A stretch of 64,000 nucleotides of DNA, from positions 1-64,000 of the forward strand of contig NIVC01000706.1 in assembly GCA_002269645.1 (NCBI GenBank). The letters are read 5' to 3'. Shown here piece by piece: positions 35,150-60,194 of this stretch. The first letter of the stretch is position 1. Each line of letters begins with the position of its first letter. The translations under genes and the position numbers were made by a program. Below the pieces are notes generated by a model, which saw only the letters and a list, made by a program, of their open reading frames with translations, ran no database searches and had not been told where the DNA came from. Source of the stretch: Macrostomum lignano. Its lineage: Eukaryota.

Positions 35150-36352
35150 GGGTTCAGGTAGCCTGATGATTCAGGTAGCCTGATGATTCAGGTAGCCTGA
35201 TGATTCAGGTAGCCTGATGATTCAGGTAGCCTGATGATTCAGGTAGCCTGATGATTCAGGTAGCCTGATGATTCAGGTAGCCTGATGATTCAGGTAGCCT
35301 GATGATTCAGGTAGCCTGATGATTCAGGTAGCCTGATGATTCAGGTAGCCTGATGATTCAGGTAGCCTGATGATTCAGGTAGCCTGATGATTCAGGTAGC
35401 TCAATGATTCAGGTAGCCTGATGATTCAGGTAGCTCAATGATTCAGGTAGCTCAATGATTCAGGTAGCCTGATGATTCAGGTAGCCTGATGATTCAGGTA
35501 GCCTGATGATTCAGGTAGCCTGATGATTCAGGTAGCCTGATGATTCAGGTAGCCTGATGATTCAGGTAGCCTGATGATTCAGGTAGCCTGATGATTCAGG
35601 TAGCCTGATGATTCAGGTAGCCTGATTGTGATAACGTACAGTGTAGTGTGTTGTTGTGTGAGAGGGGGTTGGGGGAAGTGGGGTAGGAATGTTCATTATC
35701 GCGATGCGTCACCCATTGCTTGCTCTATGTTCCTTCCTTCCTTTCCTTTTCCCCCTTTTGATTTGCGTACATGTATGAGAGACCCTCGAGGGTCTTTGTT
35801 GCTTGCGTACGGCGCTTGTTAAATATATAGAAGCGACTGGCTCTTTCGGAGCCTCAACCTTACTTCTGTAGTAGACACGGTCTACAAAACTGATGATTCA
35901 GGTAGCCTGATGATTCAGGTAGCCTGATGATTCAGGTAGCCTGATGATTTAGGTAGCCTGATGATTCAGGTAGCCTGATGATTCAGGTAGCCTGATGATT
36001 TAGGTAGCCTGATGATTCAGGTAGCCTGATGATTCAGGTAGCCTGATGATTCAGGTAGCTTGATGATTCAGGTAGCCTGATGATTCAGGTAGCCTGATGA
36101 TTCAGGTAGCCTGATGATTCAGGTAGCCTGATGATTCAGGTAGCCTGATGATTCAGGTAGCCTGATGATTCAGGTAGCCTGATGATTCAGGTAGCCTGAT
36201 GATTCAGGTAGCCTGATGATTCAGGTAGCCTGATGATTCAGGTAGCCTGATGATTCAGGTAGCCTGATGATTCAGGTAGCCTGATGATTCAGGTAGCCTG
36301 ATGATTCAGGTAGCCTGATGATTCAGGTAGCCTGATGATTCAGGTAGCTTGA
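35150..36352. repeat. 17-bp satellite (CAGGTAGCCTGATGATT)n, split by an insertion at 35627-35889
   Basis: Direct inspection. Confidence 0.97.
35627..35889. mobile_element. Solo-LTR-like insertion (263 bp) with 5-bp TSD CTGAT
   Basis: Starts TGTGATAACG and ends TCTACA+AAA. CTGAT is duplicated at 35622-26 and 35890-94, and removing the insert plus one copy restores the 17-bp register. TATA-like AAATATATAG at 35821. Confidence 0.75.
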
Positions 36353-36954
36353 TAGTGTTATATATTGAAAATTGTTGAAAAAACTTGAAAAGCAAGAAAC
36401 AGGCTATTTAGTCAATCGTCATATAAAAGTTGGGAAATTACAGGTCGTTAAAAAACTCTCAAAGAAAAATATTTGCTAAATTCTTCAAATCTCTATTTGG
36501 ACACGAGCAACAAATTCGAATGAATTGAAATTCAAAAAAATATAGACAGTACAATCTGCTGAAAAACTTGTGCGCAGTGTCCATTGTGACAGCCGAAGCA
36601 AATTTTTCAAAATCTAGGTATGTTTTAAGGCGATAGGAGATTGAAATTCAAAGTACAGTTTGCACTTTTATGCGCAGATTTCAGGCGAATAAAGAGCAAG
36701 TTGCATAAGTGCTGCTGTGTGCCATTATACATTTTAAGCGCGACTTTGTTTCGCTACTAAGGCAGAAAGGAAAAGGAATTATTTTGCTTACAATTAACTA
36801 GGTGAGTAGGGTTTAGTCGCTATGGTAACAGCTGAGCAATTTGACTCACATTGAGCAGTACAGAGAATCAGTTGTTTAAAGAAATAAAAAGGTAACGCAT
36901 AACCATATTATTCTGGCCTTCAAATAGAAAATCACAATATTGGGATCGTGCTAG

Positions 36955-37185
36955 TGGGTAGTTCAGGTGGTATTTCAGGTGGTATTTCAGGTGGTAGTTC
37001 AGGTGGTAGGTAGTTCAGGTAGTTCAGGTGGTAGTTCAGGTGGTATTTCAGGTGGTATTTCAGGTGGTAGTTCAGGTGGTATTTCAGGTGGTAGTTCAGG
37101 TGGTATTTCAGGTGGTAGTTCAGGTGGTAGTTCAGGTGGTAGTTCAGGTGGTAGTTCAGGTGGTAGTTCAGGTGGCAGGTGGTAG
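36955..37185. repeat. 12-bp minisatellite (GTGGTAGTTCAG / GTGGTATTTCAG)n
   Basis: Direct inspection. Confidence 0.95.
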
Positions 37186-37694
37186 GTATTCGCTGACTGT
37201 AAAACTGACAGTGAAAGTTCGCACAGACACAACACGAATATAATGACAAAGACCAAATTAGAAAAACAAACAAAAGAAACAAAAAACAATTTTACAAGCA
37301 CTGTGCACTGAAGCCAGGTCAAATCAGTAGTGACTTTTGACTGATAAAAAATAACACGAAATTTCGAAAAAAATTGAAATCTAGAAAAAAGCAGAAGGCC
37401 CCTGACAGATTGTTTACTATTAGTTGTAAAAAGCCGGGAAAAATATTGCATTTTGTAAATCGCACTTTTGCTTTATGACGCATTAGATTATACTACTGAC
37501 AAATCAAGCCAGTAGTATGTTCCGCTATCACAGCCGAGAAAAAATAGAAAAAAATTAATTTTGTATCAAAATATCGAAAAGAAGAAAAATTGAAAAGAAG
37601 CAAATCAAACAATAATTTGTTTCTTTTCATTGCCCATCGCGGACAATTCGAAATTGGATTTGAAGCAGAGGAGCATTCAGGGCCCGAGAGACGG

Positions 37695-38415
37695 CGGCGC
37701 CAGTTTGGGGGTGTCACAGGCGCCTTTTTTGGGTGTCAGTGGCGCCAAATCAGGGTGTCAGTGGCGCCAAATCGGGGTGTCAGTGGCGCCAAATCAGGGT
37801 GTCAGTGGCGCCAAATCGGGGGTGTCAGTGGCGCCAAATCGGGGGTGTCAGTGGCGCCAAATCGGGGGTGTCAGGGGCGCCAAATCGAGGGTGTCAGTGG
37901 CGCCAAATCAAGGGTGTCAGGGGCGCCAAATCAAGGGTGTCAGGGGCGCCAAATCGGGGGTGTCAGTAGGGCCAAATCGGGGGTGTCAGGGGCGCCAAAT
38001 CGGGGGTGTCAGGGGCGCCAAATCGGGGGTGTCAGTAGGGCCAAATCGGGGGTGTCAGGGGCGCCAAATCGGGGGTGTCAGTAGCGCTAAATCGGAGGTG
38101 TCAGGGGCGCCAAATCGGGGGTGTCAGTAGGGCCAAATCGGGGTGTCAGTAGGGCCAAATCGGGGGTGTCAGTAGGGTCAAATCGGGGGTGTCAGTAGGG
38201 CCAAATCGGGGGTGTCAGTAGGGTCAAATCGGGGGTGTCAGTGGCGCCAAATCGGAGGTGTCAGTAGGGCCGATCGGGGGTGTCAGTAGGGTCAAATCGG
38301 GGGTGTCAGTAGGGCCAAATCAAGGGTGTCAGTAGGGTCAAATCGGCTGTGTCAGTAGGGCCAAATCGGGGGTGTCAGTGGCGCTAAATCGGGGGTGTCA
38401 GTAGGGCCGAATCGG
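37695..38415. repeat. 22-23-bp minisatellite (GTGTCAGTGGCGCCAAATCGGGG variants)
   Basis: Direct inspection. Confidence 0.95.
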
Positions 38416-38700
38416 TGGCGTCAGGTGGTAAGGTTTTAAAGACGCAAAAAAGTTGTACAAAATTTTTATAGCAACACGCGTCCCTCTCTGTTGGGCTGAA
38501 AAACCCCGCATGCTTCTCTACCTCGGATAGAAAGATAATGGGAATGCAAAGTGAATAGATACTAATATCCCGTACACTACTGTAAGTAAAGGCGTTGCAA
38601 AAACTTTGCTAACTATAAAGAAAATCTACGAAAGCAAAAAAAATATTTAAAGTAATTGTGCATTGAGGCGCAAGAAGGAAACCTTCACCGAATTCATATT

Positions 38701-53438
<14,738 letters not shown>

Positions 53439-56400
53439 CCCTCAGAGCAGAGCGGGCAACTCGAACTCGGCCTTGAATAAGTTACTCATTAAAAGCATAA
53501 AGCGACAAGACCATTGTTAGCCTTGCACTTTGACGAAAAATATCTCACTGAAGAGAGAAAAGGTAAAGAAAATTAAGAATTGGAGGATTTAGACATTCCA
53601 GATAGCCATGGATGATTTATTATTATGATATTCAAGCTTATAGAAATCGGCTGGTTCTCCTAACTTGTACCTCTAAGCATTAGGGGATTGCTATTAATGC
53701 CAAAGCAGCGCTGCAGTACACGGCATGTACTGGACTCAGGTAGGAGAGAGGTAGAGAGAGAGAGAGAGAGAGCGATCGGGGGGGGGCTACACAGGTGGGT
53801 TAGAAATGTCAGAGTAACAGAAAGAAAAAGACGCGCCATCCACCTCATCTCTTCCCCCCCCCTCAATTCCTGAAGAGGAAAATCTGCCACTGCACAACAC
53901 AATAAGAGCAAAGGGAACTATTTTTAAAACCAACCAAACTAGAGCTGCTCAAATCCACCTCTCCACCCCGCCTGCCACCTCCACCCCGCCGATCAATAAA
54001 CTCTCTGGCTCCCCTTCACAAAAAACTGCTTTCCTTTCTTTCCAAATCGCATTTTCCAACCCATTTGGGCTGGCTTAAACCGGCTTTTCTACCTCCTAAA
54101 TTTCCTTCCTTCTCAATTCTCATTCACCATGGCAGCAAAGCTTGTCGTAGGTTCTGCCTGCCTACACGTCACCTACTCTGCATATACAGTCCTGGATCCA
54201 AGAGCCCACTCAGCGCGCTAGTAGACCAGAACAAACACTATTAAGCTGCAGGACTTCTGATGCACGGCAGTGCCATTTATAACTTAAACTATATAAACTA
54301 TATTAGTATTGAGAGTAGAATAAGACGAGAATAGGGTAGAGACAGGGGAGAGAGACTCTGAGCTTTGTAAACTCCGCAGAGATGAAGAGAGGCGACCTTA
54401 TGATATATAAAACTACAATGGCAAGGTTTGACGATGCAAATAAACAGACGAGAATGAATTTCAGATGAAGCGAGGGTTTCGGAGCCTGGGATGTTGAGGA
54501 AAATCTGCAGTGGAATGAATAACCAGGAAGATGGATGAGCGCTTCTGTTTAAATGATACAGTAATTGATTGAGAGGAACCGCTCTCTCTTTCTCTCTCAG
54601 GCATCTCTAACTATTGTAATATTTACTTCACGAGTGACAATAACTTGAAAAAATTGCGAACTAGCAGTCTCTTATGTTGAGCTGTTTTGAAACCATATAA
54701 TTCTAATTATATCTCAACTTTTTATGCATAACTGCCAATAAATCAATAGATCGTAAACTTAGTCTTGCAGTGGGCAGCATTACTACCTAACCTTGCCTAT
54801 TTTGTATTTACTATACCACTTAAAAAATCTGATATTATTACTAATTTATGGGCACCCAATTACTACAATCATTCATGGATATTTACATCACAGATTTGCA
54901 TAGGGCCTAACAAGCCTTAAGCATGTTACTCTATTTTTTCTATACTGTACAATACATCAATTATGAAAAGTACCAAGAAAACTAAAATTATTCATCTCAA
55001 CTGAAATGACATGAGAATTCAGAATGCTATAATTCTAAGAGGAACAGTTATATTCCATACTGATGAAACTATCTCTTGTATTTAAAAAATTGCCTAAATA
55101 AAATCTAACACTTACAGAAAACAATGAAAAAAGACTCTCAAATATAAAAAAACTATTGATTATGTTTAATATACAGTTGTGTTTTACTAAATATCAAATA
55201 ACAAGCATGCTCATAATTCAAATCTCTTGCTTTCAAGTTCATAACAGAGGCCTTATCTATTTCATTTAGTTTTATAGTCCCTTTCCTTTAAAGTAAAGGG
55301 AACTAGGAAACTAGAACAAGAAAAAAACTCAATTTTACTAGTGTTTCTAGTAAAATTTCCAGTGTTTCTAACTTTTAAACTCTAATTCAGTTTTAAGAGC
55401 TTGCCATGAAGTATAGCAAACATTTTATATATATCATATTTAAAAAATAGCTTCATGTAGTTCAAGTTACTACACTTATTGTAATTTGTTTTATTTTGTA
55501 TCATAGCAATGTTTTCAAAAGTTCATATCATATCATATCAAATCAAAAGTTCATATCATATCATATCATTTCAAAAGAATCAAAAGTGTTTAATTCAAAG
55601 AAAAAACAAACATGTGCAGTTTATTACTTTAGTTCCCTTCAGAATATCTGATAAAACTCCTTAAATAAAAACGTTTAAATAACGTTTGCTAGGTAATTTT
55701 CATGTATCACACAATTTTTTTTTCAATATTAGTCACTAAAATCAGTTAGAAATATTAAAAAAATGTTTAAAAAGGTCAAAATGCAACTACAAGAGGAGCA
55801 AATAGATATTAAAAAACATAAGTCAAAGTAAAAGACAACACGCGCATAAATCTAGCAGCATGATGACAGATTCATCACGACAGGCCACGTTTGAATGCAG
55901 TGGATATCATGCATTTGCACCCAAAAGTCGGGATTAAAACTGAAGGATGGTGCGATTTTGCTTTTTCTTACCACGTGTTGCTTTCCTAGAAAATGTTTTA
56001 AAGTTGAAATCTAGTAAGCACGATATTTGATTGCTAACTAAAACACATACTGGGAAAGGCCAACTATACTTCTTGCCTAATGCATTGGATGCACAACAAG
56101 TTTCTATGCTTTTTGCACTGGTTTTATTGATTTTTTTGTTGACAAAATGAGTGTCGTTTCGTTATAGTATGAGCTGTTCCCCTAAAATTCGAAATATCCA
56201 ATGAAGTTGATCGAATTAAATTCAGTCAGTCAGCTCCTTGTCTTGCTTGTCCATTGTTTCAAGCCTAAAAAATTAGAGCAGCTGAATGAGCTGAGTCAGC
56301 TGAAACCAGTATGTCGAGAATGGGTATGACAATTCTTGAAAAGATTTCCATCGTCTACTGTGGAGCAAGTGGGTATTAGTAAATTAAATATATATCACTT

Positions 56401-57899
56401 AAGAAGGCCAAAGCCGAAGTAGGCCTATTCCTATTTGTGCGTGTGCCTAGCTAAAGGCCCACCAAATTTCAGAGTGGCATCCCAAATTTGGATTTTAGAT
56501 TCCATAAGTCCAGAGATATTTCAGTCAAAACGTCGCAAAACAGCCACACATAAAGTGGCCACAGAACAATTAGGCCTATTCGATCTTGTGTCATTGCATC
56601 AGTTGTGTTAAAATGGGCGCATGGTGTATATAGGCCTTGGCCTAATGCTATTTGGGCAGGCACCGCATTGCCATTGTTCTAGGTCTATTGGGTACACTGC
56701 AGCGCAGCAGTGCTAGTACTCAGACAGTAGGTTGGCTCCTTACAATGATTTTTAAGATGTTGGCCCTATTAGGGGGGCTACTAGGCCCTAGGCCCTACTA
56801 TAAGGACACATTTTAGTGGAGCCATGTGTGATAACTTTAAAGTTTCAAACATCTCTGACTCTGATTCTAATCTAAATTTCCAATGGCTAGCCTATATACT
56901 ATACCTACCTGACATGAAAGGCAAATTTAGGCCCATAGCCAGGATTTATATAATTATATTGGGAGGGGGAGGGCAATGGCTAGAGTTCCGGCACTGGAAC
57001 CCATTTTCTAATGGCTATGGATCCAGTAGTGCCATTATAATATAGATGGAACATTATATTTTTCTTTCTACAGGTGGCTGATATTGAGATTTTGTTCTAG
57101 ATTAAAATTTAAGGCAACCGATCTCTAGCCATTACTGAGGGGGAGTAAGGACATCTATCTCCAATATCCAATAACAATAGGCCCTAGAAGCAAAAACAAA
57201 GGCAATAAAAAACTACTTTTTAAGTTAGAAAGAGAAACTTATTTAAATATAATTTTTCTAGGCCTATATGGCTATTTTTTTATATAGACATTTTGATATA
57301 GATTTAGATAAAGAATTAGAAATTTAGGCCTATTCTAAGTCTATCTTCTAGATTTTTATATATAAAGTTGGTCAACTAAGGAGGTTCATTTTTAGTATAT
57401 ACCTATAGAATAGTATTGAATTCAATTTTACTCAACTATTTTTAAACTCCAAGCCCATTTTCAAAATTTCAAGAATTTTTTAAAATTAGGCCTGTCTAAC
57501 TAAAAAACCCAACTTTTGAAGTCAAGATCAAGATTATAGTTAGACTTTAGTATAAAGCAATAAAGTAACATATCCTATCTATTAAAGTTAGGCCTAGCTA
57601 ATCTTTTTAGGCCTATATAAACTCAATTCTAATAAATACTCGTAGGCCCTGGGGCATAGAATATTAGATTAACTAGAAATAAGCCATCTTTTAATCTTGA
57701 TTTAGGTCTAATATAGATACTGGGCCTAATAGAGTGTACAATATTGACTATGCATTAAACTGACTAGATCCTAGGGCTAGGCTTTATCATTTAAAGTAAT
57801 ATATATTGAAACATAGCTGCATAGGTATAGGCCTGTTTTGTCTCATCTCACATATTCTCAGCTCATGACTGTTCATTTCAACCCTGCATGGTCCGAATT

Positions 57900-58047
57900 G
57901 GAGGCAAAATGGTCCATGGCCAAAATGGTCTGTGGGCGAAATGATCTGGGGGCAAAATGTCCATGGCCAAAATGGTCTGTGGGCAAAATGATCTGGGGGC
58001 AAAATGTCCATGGCCAAAACAGTTTATGGGCAAAATGACTAGTTACC
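57900..58047. repeat. Short tandem array (GGCAAAATG core) ending in GACTAGTTACC; possible solo DNA-transposon TIR
   Basis: GCAAAATG(G)TCCATGGCCAAAATGGTCTGTGGGC-type unit, about 3 copies. No partner TIR seen. Confidence 0.55.
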
Positions 58048-59659
58048 TTTTTATTGCATAATATATTTCTTTAAATTTAACTCAATAAAATATATTTTAT
58101 TCTGTTTTATAATCAATAGACCTAGAATATGATAATAATATTTAAAATGACATGATGATTGCCTTTTCAAGTTATAATATACATATTGGGAATATTGAAG
58201 ACAACTTATGATTTCAAGACTTATAGGCCTATTAACTAAAAATTTGATAGCTATTCAATAATTTTAGCCTATAAAAATAAAGTTTGTTTTTCTAAAACCT
58301 TTGGCTACTAAGTTGAAGAAGCATAATACTATAGTATTTAAGATAAAATAGAAACATTTAATTAATTATGATTCAATGTTTTGATTAGTGCTAGTTGGTA
58401 TTACTTATACATTTATTTAAATTAACTAACTTTAAACTAACTTTAACTAAAATGAATCATATAATATTTAATTGAATAATATGATAAATTAATATATAAA
58501 ATAAAATTTTATACAAAAAAAAATAAATCTTTGCTAACCTATTAAACTTTATTGCTAAACTTAACTTAAACTTTATTAGATTATTCCACATAACTTCAAC
58601 AGAAATGGCAATTTTTTTTACTATTTCATACAACTTTTAAAGTAAACATTGTGTGTCAACAAACTTTTGGATTTCATTCATGTCTTCTACTACTTTAGGA
58701 TTGTTTTTACTTCTTAAACTGTTCTTATTTCTTGGCAACACTTAACTTTGTATGGTTTTTTTTAAGATAGATAATTTTGTGCTTTGCTAGTGGCTTTTGG
58801 GGCTAAAAATTATTTTATGAGATTTTTGATAGGCTGGTTGCTATTTTCAAATAAGTAATATGCTACTTATTAAGGCCAATATCTTTGGTTGTTTATTTCT
58901 TTTGAAAAAAGTACATTATGACCATAATGACTAAAGTATTTCTAGCTTTACAATGGGCATTGGGAGCTTTGCAGAGTGCTACAAATCTGGCAAAAATGTA
59001 ATCAGGCTAGGTATCATGCACCAAAAGGCTTTTCCAAGTTGTTCAAACCATCTAAATAAGAAGGATCGTATTACAAGCAGTAACTTCTAGACATAACATG
59101 CCATATAGCCCCTCTGGTCATAATAGACAGTTCTTAACTAATTTGCACCCCTTGTTGCTTCAATGTATATAAGCCCTGGGTAAATACACTTCAAATATAA
59201 ATGTATATACACTTCTGCTTCTGCTAAATATACATCCTTACTAGTATATAGAATGAGCCATTTAGCGTGTTAATGCATTAACCCTAATTATTTTTTGGAA
59301 ATTCTAGTCTAGATTACTATTTGCAAAATACCATTGCAATAATGGTATATACCATTGTTGCATTTCTAAAGTTCAAACCAGTCTAATTATTTAAAATTAA
59401 ATGTTAAAAGCAATTGTTATTTAAATTAAACTTGAACTTCTAAAAATCTTGTAATATACTAAGGATACACAAGTTGTTGCACTAAATAGAAAATATGGTA
59501 TGAAGCCCACATTAGCTAGAAGCAAATGCAATGAATAATGAATTATTGATTTAAATATCTGTTTTATGCATGACAAAAAAGTATATTTAAATTAAAAAAT
59601 AAAAATACAGCCTAATTTTCCCGACTATACGCCTTCAAGTAGTATTGCTAGTAACAAAA

Positions 59660-60112
59660 ATGTCTGAGCAACCAGTCTCTGAGCAAGAGCAGCAGCAATC
59701 CTCTGATGGACAGGCTGAACAGCAACCAGAAGTCCAACCAGCTGCTGCCGCTGAAGCTGCAAATGGATCAGCACTTTCTAGTGATAATGCCAACGGAGCT
59801 GAAGCTGAACAGTCCGCGCCCGTAGAGCAGGTCGAGTCGAACAATTGCAAGCACTGCGACCTGCCCAAAGACCCCAAAGGCTTGCACAGTCACCTGAGCA
59901 ACCTGCTGATCCAATCTGTAGCCGGATCTCTGCTCGAATTCGATGCTATAAAAAAGCATTGGCAAAATTTCGGAGCCAATTTGCCTGGATTTATTGCCAC
60001 GCCATACTGCTCCCATTGTCGCCTGCACTTTCAGGTGATGATTGATTAATTTATTGATAAAATTGATTGGCTCACTGGTTCGTTGATAGAAAGATAGATA
60101 GATCGATAGATG

Positions 60113-60194
<82 letters not shown>

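Noticed and set aside
35150-36352. CTGATGA repeated in the 17-bp array (hammerhead core) and array-plus-insert resembling CRISPR
   Set aside because: No GAAA or stems accompany the motif. Units are contiguous without unique spacers, the single insert has a TSD, there are no cas genes and the context is eukaryotic.
54125-54230. MAAKLVVGSACLH as the start of a LINE endonuclease
   Set aside because: About 30 codons with no further APE motifs; too weak.
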